A DNA stretch of 59,918 bases, the filler included, from Nemertoderma westbladi (lineage: Eukaryota > Animalia > Xenacoelomorpha): NCBI GenBank assembly GCA_032718475.1. It is 3 parts of 3 records of this genome, joined end to end, with 100 filler letters (N's around TTAATTAATTAA, not from the genome) between each part and the next. Parts side by side here need not be neighbours in the genome. Positions count along the whole stretch, not along the records: positions 22,246 to 47,789 come from JAUCBJ010006855.1; positions 47,890 to 59,918 come from JAUCBJ010003095.1; 1 more part is not named here. One strand, written 5' to 3'. The position numbers were made by a program, and so were the translations under genes. Within the stretch, counting starts at the first letter, position 1; each line of letters begins with the position of its first letter. Under the pieces are notes generated by a model. The model was not told the DNA's origin and did not search any database. It was given only the letters and a program-made list of their open reading frames with translations. This document shows, one piece after another, positions 39,030 through 50,629 of the stretch.

Positions 39030-40320
39030 CAGTGTAGGCTACCATTCAGGGATCCTCGCAAGAGAAAGCCCATTGTGGCAGAGAGAATATAAATCCTGTA
39101 ACAAACCGGGAGTACAGTATGGAACATATTTATACTGCTGGATAATTTATTTATGTGAACTGATGGAAAGAAGGGGTTGCAATGCTATGATTTCAGATAA
39201 ATACGGTAATGGCATATCGACTCAACGGACGCGGCTAAGAAATAAAAAACTTTTGGCCTTTTAAGGAGAACAATTCAACATATATTACATTACAGTAAGC
39301 CTACTATAATGGCATGATACAGTAGGTGGCTGTAGTACAGTACTGAACAAGAACTTCTTGAACACTTCTAGAAATATAGTTATAAGTTTAAATGATTTTT
39401 CTGGAAATAATATTGACTAACATTTGGAAAAAAGTGTTGGTGTCTTAGCTATCACTTTTTAATCTCAAAATAAGTATAGATAATCTATTGATGATACATT
39501 AATAATTGATGATTGATGATACCATATGATATGATATTACAGGTAAATTGTAACTACATAATTTGTCAACATGTTATTGATAATAATTATTCATAGAAAA
39601 CAATTCATATTTCCCTAAAGTTGGCCGCAGCTGCACCATCGAGTTGAGTCGATCTCGACTTCCCAGTTCCTTTTTTCCCTCTCCTCTTCGATCTGCCTCT
39701 CTTCACTTTCTTTCCCTTTCCTCCACGACTCCTTGATCTACTCCCTTTACCTCGGCGACTCCTAGACCTTCCTCCCTTTCCCTTCTTCTTTCCCTTTCCT
39801 TTCTTACTTCCCTTTCGCTTCTTTCCTCTCCTTTTCTCCATATCTCTCCCACTGGTTAACCTACTTTCCCGAACCGTCCTTCCATCACCGTCCTTCATGG
39901 ACAAACATTTCTCACACAGGACGTCATTTTCACTATCATTATCCGCCATCTCACGCGCCGTTTATTTACGACTCCTAATTATTAATGGTTATATGCTTAT
40001 TTAACAAATCTAAACTATTTGCTTATTATTATGACCAAAAATAGTAATCTGCGTACTTATATATTAATATATTATTTTCTAGAAATTAATCCATTGGTTA
40101 AATAATGATAAAGGTAATTGATTGGCTGTACTAAATAAGGGCGTATTAATTATGTTAACGGGATGTAGCGTAGGATACTTAAATTATACATTATGCTAGT
40201 TATGTACTTATGGCACGGACCCTCCATTCAAATCTTCGTCATTTTGCTTGAAATTGAAACACAATTAGTTCAACTCAACCTCGTGGTCCCCATTAAGACT
40301 TAATTTTAGATATTCGTCCA
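39030..40320. repeat. Segmental duplication copy 1 (copy 2 at about 41798-43060)
   Basis: High identity over about 1.3 kb covering the basic-protein gene and both flanks. Confidence 0.92.
39605..39949 (-). CDS. Protamine-like / sperm nuclear basic protein candidate, copy 1
   Basis: 114 aa; acidic N-terminus with CxxC, then K/R/G/S-rich core with RSRS motifs; ORF kept in both copies; two upstream CCAAT boxes near 40093 and 40121. Confidence 0.65.
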   Translation of the reverse strand: MADNDSENDVLCEKCLSMKDGDGRTVRESRLTSGRDMEKRRGKKRKGSKKGKGKKKGKGGRSRSRRGKGSRSRSRGGKGKKVKRGRSKRRGKKGTGKSRSTQLDGAAAANFREI

Positions 40321-40691
40321 GTTCACACATACACTTTGCGGTGACAACTCAGCGCGGTGGTTTTGCAGCTGCTTTTTTTCAGCTTTTTTTTAGTTAGAAA
40401 CATTTCTTGACATTAATTGCTTCAAGTTGAATCTGAGAATTTTAAAATGTATAAATTTAAAATATAGAATAAAGCTAAAAAAAAAGCTAATAAAAAAGCT
40501 TTAAAAAAAATATAAAAACACGCGAGAAAAGCATCCTAAAGTATAAAGAAGATGGATTGAATTTTGAAATAATTATGATTTGCAGACAGTTGTTTGGGTG
40601 GTCATCAGGACTTCTATGCTCTGGAAAACATTGGAAAAATATGTGTATAAAATTCGCCAAAAAAGCGACCTAAAAAATTGTTCTTATATTA

Positions 40692-41754
40692 CACCATGAA
40701 CCGTAATATAGTGTCATTTTCTGAAGACACGGAACCCCCCCCCCCCCCCCCAGATTTTTCTACAAATCTTTATCAAATTGCTTGAAATTTGAAACACAAC
40801 TACAGTAGTTCAACTCACCATGGTTGACCCCCATGAAGCCGGAATTTTCGATTTTTTGCCTCTCAATTTTTTTTTATCAAGCGTTTTAAAATTTTTAAAA
40901 TTTTCATACAAAAATCGTTTACTTAGACGTAAAATTTTATGAATCTTGGAATGTGTTATCAGGACCTCAAGCTGAAAAATTTTGTAAAACTCAAAACTTT
41001 ACAGAAATATCCAGTTACCATGGTAACTGGAGTTTATATAGTCTATATCATTCCAGTCTATTTTAATGACTCTATTTGTAGCAAAACTACATTAGATAAA
41101 AGTTGGAGTTACGAAACTCAACTCTATGGGCCATAGCTAAGCCGATTGAGGTTAATTAGAAAATCCTGTTACCTTGGCAACTAGTCTAAACAGATGCTCA
41201 AATTTATAAAATGATAATTTGAAGCACAGGTTAAGGGTATTAATTATGACTTGGCACCAACCCCTACCCCCACTATATCACTCATTCTGCATCCGAATTA
41301 CATTGTTCTATTTTTCAGTATCCATGGCAACCACAGCAAACGGACGTTTTAAAAAAATAAATCCTTAATTTTGGACATAAACTAATCAATGAAACTTCCT
41401 TGAAGTCGATATTGTGTACAGTATATCTCAGCGGTTTCTCAACGAAATTCAGATATTGTTACATATTTCGAAGTCTTGCAACGCAAGCTTTCTAATGATA
41501 TGATAAAATTACGACTATTGTGAAGAATGTCCACGATACGGAGGATGCGATTTCGCAAAGGACACTTTTTTAAAACGCCTATAAAAAGAATTTAAAGGCA
41601 AAATCGAAAATTCCGGCTTCATGGGGTCATCGAGGGTGAGTGGAACTAGTGGTGTTTCAAATTTCAAGCAATATGATAAAGATTTGTAGAAAAATCTGGG
41701 GGGGGGGGGGGGTCCGTATCATCAGAAAATGACACTATATTACGGGTCATGCTG
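40692..41754. mobile_element. Non-autonomous Tc1/mariner-type element with about 165-bp TIRs
   Basis: TA-CACCATGAACCGTAATATAGTGTCATTTTCTGA ... TCAGAAAATGACACTATATTACGGGTCATGCTG-TA; poly-C/poly-G within the TIRs. Confidence 0.8.
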
Positions 41755-42361
41755 TATATTAATTATTATGTAAATGAAACAAATTTTTTACAGTGTACAG
41801 TAGGCTACCATTCAGGGATCCTCGCAAGAGAAAGCCCATTGTGGCAGAGAGAATACTAATCCTGTAACAATCAGGGAGTACAGTATGGAACATATTTCTA
41901 CTGCTGGATAATTTATTTATGTGAACTGATGGAAAGAAGGGGTTGCAATGCTATGATTTCAGATAAATACGGTAATGGCATATCGACTCAACGGACACTG
42001 CTAAGAAATAAAAAACTTTTGGCCTTTTAAGGAGAACAATTCAACATATATTACAATACAGTAGGTCTACTATAATGGCATGATACAGTAGGTGGCTGTA
42101 GTACAGTACTGAACAAGATCTTCTTGAACACTTCTAGAATTATAGTTATAAGATTAAATGATTTTTCTGGAAATAATATTGACTAACATTTGGAAAAAAT
42201 TGTTGGTGTCTTAGCTATCACTTTTTAATCTCAAAATAAGTATAGATAATCTATTGATGATACATTAATAATAGATAATTGATGATACCATATGATATTA
42301 CAGGTAAATTGTAACTAATTTGTCAACATGTTATTGATAATAATTATTCATAGAAAACAAT

Positions 42362-42697
42362 TCATATTTCCCTAAAGTTAGCCGCAGCTGGACCATCGAG
42401 TTGAGTCGATCTCGACTTCCCAGTTCCTTTTTTCCCTCTCCTCTTCGATCTGCCTCTCTTTCCCTTTCCTCCACGACTCCTTGATCTACTCCCTTTCACT
42501 CGTCGACTCCTAGACCTTCCTCCCTTTCCCTTCTTCTTCCCCTTTCCTTTCTTACTTCCCTTTCGCTTCTTTCCTCTCCTTTTCTCCATATCTCTCCCAG
42601 TGGTTGACCTACTTTCCCGAACCGTCCTTCCATCACCGTCCTTCATGGACAAACATTTCTCACACAGGACGTCATTTTCACTATCATTATCCGCCAT
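42362..42697 (-). CDS. Protamine-like / sperm nuclear basic protein candidate, copy 2
   Basis: 111 aa; differs from copy 1 by an in-frame 3-codon deletion and four amino-acid substitutions. Confidence 0.65.
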   Translation of the reverse strand: MADNDSENDVLCEKCLSMKDGDGRTVRESRSTTGRDMEKRRGKKRKGSKKGKGKKKGKGGRSRSRRVKGSRSRSRGGKGKRGRSKRRGKKGTGKSRSTQLDGPAAANFREI

Positions 42698-44110
42698 CTC
42701 ACGCGCCGTTTATTTACGACTCCTAATTATTAATGGTTACAGTATCTGTTTATTTAACAAATCTAAACTATTTGCTTATATTATGACCAAAAATAGTAAT
42801 CCGGTGCTTATACCTAATATATTATGTTCTAGAATTTTATCCATTGGTTAAATAATGATGAAGATCATTGATTGGCTGTACTAAAACAAGGGCGTATTAA
42901 TTGTGTTAACGGATTTAGGCTACAGTAGTTAGATTACATTATGCTAGTTTATGTACTTATGACACGGACCCTCCCCCTCAAATCTTTATCATATTGCTTG
43001 TAATTTGAAACACAATAAGTTAAACTCAACGTCGGTGTCCCCATGAAGCCAGAATTTTCGACCGTCTCACCGATACACTTTACGGTGGTTTTGCGTCGCA
43101 TTTTAAGCGCACAGAGACACTTTGACAGCGCTGTCACCACGTTCTCGCACCGTTAGTAAATGTGTTGTCACCGCCAAGTGTAAGCCTACAGTATCTCTAA
43201 GCATTGTTTTTGTTAATTTTATTAAAAAATAAAGTGAAGCTTTGGAGGTGAACGAGTAAAAGAAGAGGACAAGAACTGTGAAACAGCTGATTACACTCCA
43301 AATTAAAATAGTGATCTGTTCTATTGGTTTTAGTTTATTGTTTTAGTTATAATAACGCGCCACTTAACCTGTTTTTTTCCCTTTAAATTGATAATTTGAC
43401 ATTGAGACGAGATATAAAGTCGCCAAGATTGGATTTGCTTTAATTTTCCCCATGTTGATGACGGCTAGAAGTGAATTGTAAATATTTTGGTTTACTTTAA
43501 CTAGAAGGCTTCAGCAACGGCACCAACGGCTAAATAAAACTCTCCCCGATTGAAATTATTAATAAGCAGTTGAACTGTAGCGGTTTCCCGGGGTTGACTT
43601 TATACAGACTGAAGTTGAACGATAATTCAGTAGTATATTGGTGCAGAGTTCAAATTGATTGACTTGCTTATTCAGAGTATAAAAAAAACGACCTGTATGG
43701 GAGTTCTCATAGAGATTACTACTATACGGTACTTTATGGTAATCATAGGGGAGGGTGGGGTGGTTGGTTCTTTGTGGGATCACCAATATGCATTATGTTC
43801 AAGCAACGTTTAGCCTAACTTCCAGGCTTCCTTTTAAATGATACCTAATTGTTTGTGGGTTAATAATAGAATGTTAAACAGAAACCATGACCGCAAATAA
43901 TTAACACATCCCATTATACGCTCCACAGCTTACTGCATGGGATATTCAGCTGTTTGATCAGTGACGTGAGAACGAAAGTTCAAATACAGTGAGCCCAGTC
44001 ATCTTCCAGTCATTCTCAAAACAGTTACTGTAGTTATTACATATTTTATCGGTTTTAGTTTCTTCTTACCAACTATTAATAGTTATTCTTCCAGTATCTA
44101 CTCTTCTACA

Positions 44111-44548
44111 ATGCTATTTATCGCACCATTATTGGCCTTAACCTTCGTACTACAGGCCGTCGTTAAACCCGGTGTGTCCGAGAAGGTTCTTATTATGAAA
44201 GAAAGATGCAACGAAGACGCTGACGACGACAGCATCCATGACGATTGCGCTTCGATATACTACAATAAGGCGTCCCTCGGAAATAATCAAGCGTTTCACG
44301 TCGAATATTTACCGAAGGCGACGAAATGCTGTCCCGACGGTTTCTGTTGCACCGAGGAAGATCATATTAAAGAAAACTCGTGGACCATCCCCAGTATTGG
44401 TTCGGCTGCTGGGGTTCTCATTGTTGGTGGTGCTATAGCCGTTACCGTGTGGTGCTGTTGTAAGCGTAAGCATAAGTATGTACGAGGTTATGGACCCACC
44501 GTAACAACAGTTTCTGGTGGCGGTGGGGCAACTGTTGTCTCTGTATAA
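44111..44548 (+). CDS. Small type I membrane protein, Shisa/WBP1/VOPP1-like
   Basis: Signal peptide, six-Cys ectodomain ending CCPDGFCC, one TM helix, juxtamembrane CCCKRK. Confidence 0.75.
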   Translation: MLFIAPLLALTFVLQAVVKPGVSEKVLIMKERCNEDADDDSIHDDCASIYYNKASLGNNQAFHVEYLPKATKCCPDGFCCTEEDHIKENSWTIPSIGSAAGVLIVGGAIAVTVWCCCKRKHKYVRGYGPTVTTVSGGGGATVVSV

Positions 44549-45545
44549 CTACTGGAGACTACGCCACTAAATGAATCTGTGACAAATCAGTGTAATGCAA
44601 TATGAGTGTGAGTTATATTTAGGCTCTGGTATTTTTTCACTGTATACAATATAAACTATCACTTGGCTTCCTAATGAGAATTTAAACTGCCACTGTTGAA
44701 TAATTTTTCGCCATAGTATTTCGTAAATTATTGGTATGATAGATTTTTTATTTTTATTGGTTGCATAATTTAACATTTTAGTTCGATTATTTTTATATCA
44801 ACGTTCATATTAATTCGTATAGCATTAACAAGGTGAAAATTATTAATTCGTATAGAATATTAATTAACGATATTTTGTTGTACTGGTGGTTTAAATTATT
44901 TCACTAATTAGATCTAATTTTATTTGAATTTATTTTATGAAATTAACAGTTGTTTTGTATTACTTGTTATTCATAAAGCTTCCTACCTATATTACATTTT
45001 GTAGAGTAAGAGTTTATATATTTTATATTTGCAATTTATATCTATTTTTATATTATAACATTGTGACCGGCTTTCCCCCTCAGCAGGTACCGTAAAATAA
45101 TCTTATTTCTGCGATGTTGAAATTAATTGTTGCTGATAAATTATTTATACTATTTATATATAAGCAAATTAATACAATTAGTGTTGTATTTTGCACCTCT
45201 GCAGGCCTGTGTTACGTAGCTGTTCTATCTACCAGGTGTGTCCTTTGTTTTGCGTTACGTAGCTGGTCTATCTACCAGGTGTTGTGTCCTTTGTTTTGTG
45301 ATATTTAACATTTTTTCTTTAATTTTTACGAGGAAAAAGTAATATATGAAACAGTTTTTAGATTACTTTAACGTAGGGAATGGATATTAATTTGAATATC
45401 ACCAGTAACTTAGTAATTACTGTTTACGTCACACATTAATTGTCCTCATTAAACTCTATGCAGTATTAAATAGATAAAAAGTAAGTAAATACAATAAAAG
45501 TAACAATTTCAATTTATGTTTTTAATTTTTTCATGGGTTACATGA

Positions 45546-45678
45546 TAACAGCTAATTTCTGGGGGGTGACTGACACGCGTTAGGTTCAAGTCTAACAGCT
45601 AATTTCTGGGGGGTGACTGACACGCGTTAGGTTCAAGTCTAACAGCTAGTTTCTGGGGGACACGTTAGGTTCAAGTCT
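45546..45678 (+). repeat. 47-bp tandem repeat (2 full + 1 shortened) with B-box-like GGTTCAAGTC
   Basis: Units start at 45546, 45593 and 45640. Confidence 0.85.
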
Positions 45679-46147
45679 GGAGTGCAGCAGACATAAACGG
45701 GATCTATCGTTCTGCCTGCGTGCCTGGAGGGAGACACTGCGATTAAATAGTTTCACGGCTTCATTAATAGCAGTCGGCTGGAGAGAGGGAACCTTTCTAG
45801 TAGGTCCGCCAGCCATTGTCATTCCAGACTATTCCATTTATTCATTTGATAATTAATATTCTAGGGCCCCGTGGGGTTTAGTAATAATAAAAATCGCTAT
45901 CCTTGTAACGGGAAGCGGATCCGTAGACAGCTTAGTTAGTTCCCTCTGGTCCGTGCAGCGTTGATATGGGTCAGCGTGGGTCCCACGTTCGTCTCCGAGG
46001 CGGCCTGTCAACGAGCTTGCCAATTCGGATCGTAAATGTCGAGGCGGACTCAAGCGGAAAAGGTGTTTACTTTATAATTAAATAAATTGGGCCGAAACGT
46101 ACGTATAGCGCTGGTTCAACCCCCGGTGAAGCGCTTTCTCATTTTTT
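45674..46147 (+). ncRNA. Candidate structured ncRNA or SINE body (unidentified)
   Basis: Multiple nested stems with + strand G-U pairs; no TTTT until T6 at 46142-46147, just after a terminal hairpin. Confidence 0.4.
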
Positions 46148-46574
46148 CCACTTCTGAACAAACCCATTTAAATTACATTACATCTTTACTTTATAAGACT
46201 AACTCAATCTCATTGTTATTTACTATGGATGTTTATATACTTTACGTTATATTTGGTCCCTACTTGTTACATACCCAGGTTTGTAATCTGTTAAACATCG
46301 AGTAAGTACAACCTTAAATATGTAGTAGCATCGGTACTTTCCATTGGGTAAGTCTGAACTTTTATTTCACCTTTAAACTTTTTTTGACAAGCATTTGATA
46401 AACGTGTGAAAGAATGAAATAAATAAAAATTATGTTCTCTGTATACATACAATTAGTTAACTCTACAAACTCAACAGAAGAAGTATTAAAAATCATGTGT
46501 TTGTTTAATCTTCAAATAATAATTAACTATAACTCTAGTGTGCCTTAAATAATCCACAGCATTTTGAGTCCTAA

Positions 46575-47705
46575 CTAAGTGCCGAGCACTCTACTGAGTC
46601 TGGGATCCGGACGCATATCGTATATGACTGGAGGAGGTTCCACCTTAAAGTCAACCTCTATATACAGGAGTTCCTTGGTGCGAGCCTCGCGAAACATGTA
46701 AACCACCTGTTTCTCTAAGGGCGTGGGTTCGACCCCTAGCGCCTCCAACCCGGGCAGCTCGGGGTCGACGGCGTCGGAGACGGACACGTTGTCGACGAGA
46801 CGGCGGGCCGTTGGCCCCATAAACACCCGCGGCATTGGCAGCGCGCGCGGCGTCTTCGGGAGGCATTGGGCGCGCGCGAAGAAGTCGACCAGATCGGAGA
46901 GGTAGTATCGTTTGGGGCCGAGTAGTTGGTAAACCCGCCCCGGGGTGTCCGGTAGGGTCATCGCGTTGTTTATCGCGTCGGCGACGTTCCGGAGGTAAAC
47001 CGGCTGCTTCTGAATCTCAGAGGGGAATCGATCCATCGCGATCGGGAAGTAGGATTTATTCCGACCTGAAAAGTAGCTGATGAACCGGTCGTCCTCGGCG
47101 AAAACCGTCGCTAGTCTGATGATCGTGGCGTCTGGGAACCCCTCTGTCACGAGCACGTCCCCTTCCGCTTTGGTCCGCAGGTTCGGAAGGGGATGGTCTA
47201 GAGCTGCGGATGTGTTGGTAACGTGTATCAGTCGGTTGACTCCTTCCTCCCGGCAAATCCGAGCCAATAACGCGGGAAAATCCACGTTGACATCACGGAA
47301 ACTGTTGTGAATTGTTTCCTTCCAGATGCCCACGCAGTTGACTACGATGTTCGAGTTTTTGACGCAGTCCCGAATTAAAAGTTCGTCGCGAATATTAAAA
47401 TCCGGGACCCAATGGAACTGACCAAGATCCGCCATTAGTTTCATGTACATGTTGAAGTATTCGTCGCATCTGTGTGGCAGTATCACTTGGGAGCCCTCGC
47501 GCCCCAGCCGCGTGAGCAACGAGCGACCCACAATCCCGCTGCTCCCGAACAGAGTGACGGACTTGCCGCTAACCGACGAGCGGCCACCCCGGCCCCGTGG
47601 CATGTATGTCTCGTTGGCGTATCTCGAGTCGCGGTTTGTGTTCGAGAATTCGCGACGCAATAACACCTTGCTCCTCGCACGCAGTAAACTGCAATAAGAT
47701 ATCAT
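46575..47705 (-). CDS. NDUFA9: NADH dehydrogenase [ubiquinone] 1 alpha subcomplex subunit 9, single exon
   Basis: GRGGRSSVSG, TLFGSSGIVGR, GSQVILPHRCD, MADLGQ, KQPVY; Arg-rich presequence; first ATG at 47705. Confidence 0.95.
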   Translation of the reverse strand: MISYCSLLRARSKVLLRREFSNTNRDSRYANETYMPRGRGGRSSVSGKSVTLFGSSGIVGRSLLTRLGREGSQVILPHRCDEYFNMYMKLMADLGQFHWVPDFNIRDELLIRDCVKNSNIVVNCVGIWKETIHNSFRDVNVDFPALLARICREEGVNRLIHVTNTSAALDHPLPNLRTKAEGDVLVTEGFPDATIIRLATVFAEDDRFISYFSGRNKSYFPIAMDRFPSEIQKQPVYLRNVADAINNAMTLPDTPGRVYQLLGPKRYYLSDLVDFFARAQCLPKTPRALPMPRVFMGPTARRLVDNVSVSDAVDPELPGLEALGVEPTPLEKQVVYMFREARTKELLYIEVDFKVEPPPVIYDMRPDPRLSRVLGT

Positions 47706-47789
47706 TTTTTTTTGAGATTTCACCAATACAGTACAGCAGCAGGGCGACCTCTTCCGGCAATACCTGAATACTGAACTACTGTACTACTA

Positions 47790-47889
47790 NNNNNNNNNNN
47801 NNNNNNNNNNNNNNNNNNNNNNNNNNNNNNNNNTTAATTAATTAANNNNNNNNNNNNNNNNNNNNNNNNNNNNNNNNNNNNNNNNNNNN
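47790..47889. other. Assembly gap with six-frame-stop linker
   Basis: N44-TTAATTAATTAA-N44. Confidence 0.97.
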
Positions 47890-48620
47890 GGCTATGTTAT
47901 TAATGCTTCGTTAGTTAATCAATACGCAATATAATAACAGCCATAAACTACTGTACATTCATAATTTAGCACCAACAATAAAAATTTTATTAACCAAGTG
48001 AATAAAAAGTCGAAAAAATATTAAAAAATGGTAGTTAATACGTATTTGCCATGTAACACGTAATTAAATTTTTACTTTTGTTGGAACAGTATTCTCAAAT
48101 AAAAGAAACAAAATAAATTGAACTGTTGAAATTTTAGAATAAGAATTCTAGAATTCTAGATAGGAATTCTAAAATTTCTGAGTAACAGAGGGTGACTAAA
48201 TTTTCTAAGTTTATTTAATTTAAGCTTATTTGAGCTTTGTTTACATTAATTTACCTATTGATTAATCCATTTAATGGCATTTGTAGAATATTTATACTTG
48301 ATTATTATGATATTTACTTTCTGAGTTCTAATTTCCTATGGCCCAAGCTATTCAGGGCAACATCCTCCAGTGATCAATCTCTGCGATTTTTCCTTCCCAA
48401 CAGTATCCCAGCTTGGAAAGGATGCGGAACATCTCAGATCTGTGCCGGGGATATTCGCTGGAGAAGAAGAATTGGCTAAATGGGAGTACAGTAGTAGCGA
48501 TTTCCTGTTATTTCTGCAACGAAATATAGTCAACCAAGGCACTAGTGTTTAACCCTCTTTTCGTAGAGTTGTTTAAATGTTGAGGATACAAATCCGTGAA
48601 AAGTTGGTTGACCTAGTTAG

Positions 48621-49966
48621 TAGTGTTGAGAACTGTAACTGTAATTATACTGTAACTGCAACTGTAACTGAATGGTTTTGATGATTTTTTTGATACTGTA
48701 ACTATAACTGTAACTGTAATTGCGAACTTTGAATACTGTAACTGTAACTGAAACTGTAATTACGAATTTTGAATACTGTAACTGAAACTGAAACTGAAAT
48801 TAACAAAATCCGATTCAGTTCTCAATCACACAATTAACATGAATAAGCATTTAAAACAGCATTGTAATAACGTATAGAGTATAGTTTAATAAATGAATAA
48901 CAGTGGTTACCATAGGTATCATTTTTAAAACATTGTTATAAAGAAAAAACAATCTCGTTTTTCCCACTTCTGAACAAAACCATAATATTACACAATATAA
49001 AATCAAAGACCCATTGCCCACTTAGCTCAAATGTGATTTATTTGGAGAGTCAAGTAGTGAACGAAGATCTAGCATATAGTCTATGTTTATCTGTCTCAAC
49101 TATTAGACTATTATCAGCCTTATCACCACTTTTGCTTCATATTAAATGTAAATGTTTTAGATAAACAAAGAAAAGTTAGGCCTAATGGTAGAGGGATATT
49201 AACGGATATATATTTTACATTATGAATTATTAATGTTACCCGGTACTATTAATATCACAATCACACTAGAGGCACACTGGAAATTAAATTTTGATCAAGT
49301 TTACCATTATAAATTACAAAATTAAACTTAAAAGTGAAAGGAGCAGCTTATCGAGGTGGGTCTAACCAAAACAATAAATATATGATTACTAAAACAAATT
49401 ACGAATTAAGGAAAATGAGCAGGATTCAGAAGCATGGCTTTATAACCAAAACAATAAATGATAACAATAAGTGTACAAGCACTGAAACAAGATGTACAGT
49501 AAAATGTGGGTGCCTTTAGTGTGGTCTTGTGACGTGCCACTTTCATTACATACTATCAGTATATTAGTTACAAAATATTACCATAGAGTGGGTCCAACTT
49601 TCCTACAACAACTACCTATTAGCTCTACAAAGAGGACGTTTCGTAATGAACATTATTATTAGCGTATATAACAGTAATATATTAAAGTGCCTCATTTTTA
49701 GTTTCAGATGACTGCTTACTACGTGAGATCATATATATTGAATCTATAACTGAAACTGTAACAGAAACTGAAATGCTCAATTTTGTAATACTGAAACTGT
49801 AACTGTAACTGAAATGTTACACATTGTAATACTGAAACTGTAACTGTAACTGAAATGCAAAACTTTGAATACTGAAACTGTAACTGTAACTGAAATGCAA
49901 AACTTTGAATACTGAAACTGTAACTGTAACTGAAATTAGTCAAAATTGATTCAGTTCTCAACACTA
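48621..49966. mobile_element. Non-autonomous hAT element
   Basis: TIR TAGTGTTGAGAACTG / CAGTTCTCAACACTA; 8-bp TSD CTAGTTAG at 48613-48620 and 49967-49974; (AACTGT/A)n subterminal arrays. Confidence 0.9.
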
Positions 49967-49987
49967 CTAGTTAGTTGGTATTGACTC

Positions 49988-50140
49988 CCTATCTCCCATG
50001 ACATTTGCTAGATTATTCGCATCTTAGTCAAGGCCAGCTTAAGATGCGTCTCAAGAATGTCATGGGCTGTCCACCATGCTTTTTCACTCCATGAGGGAGG
50101 CTGCCAAAGCCTACTATTATTATGCAATGGCTGGTCCTCT
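49988..50140 (-). mobile_element. Degenerate RTE 3' fragment
   Basis: Similar to 50714-50882 with deletions. Confidence 0.7.
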
Positions 50141-50629
50141 ATTAGCTTCTTTATTATCCAGTTTGAAGTTACGGAACAACATGACTTGACTAGCTACTGT
50201 ATTTAAATAATTAATGGCACAGCATTCCATTACTGCATTTCGAAACGTCCAATAGTCGCCGTTTGCTTCAGCCGACGATGGATCAAAGATTTATCACACC
50301 CATGCAGGAGATTACAACAATAAACTTTAATTAAATATAAATGTATGATTAATACTGTGTACCTGTTAATAAATTTAACTTATATTCGATATAGTACATG
50401 ATTAAAATGTTCAAATGACCATACAGAAAATCCTTTCTTCACATGCCGAACCCTGATAAGTTGACATAATGTAACAAAATTACATACATTATTGCTTGCA
50501 AATGTCACTTTTCAGTCTTAAAGACGCTTGTTTATTTATGTAAACCTCCCTCGCTGCGCTGCGCTCGCTCGGTACATAAATAAACTCGTGTCAGGTCTGC
50601 ACGCTGCAAAGTGGTACTTTGCACATGAT

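Noticed and set aside
45546-45835. tRNA gene, RNase P RNA or twister ribozyme
   Set aside because: No cloverleaf around the B-box-like motif; CAGACTA resembles RNase P CR-V but the GGAA of CR-I and the other conserved regions are absent; twister core nucleotides do not match.
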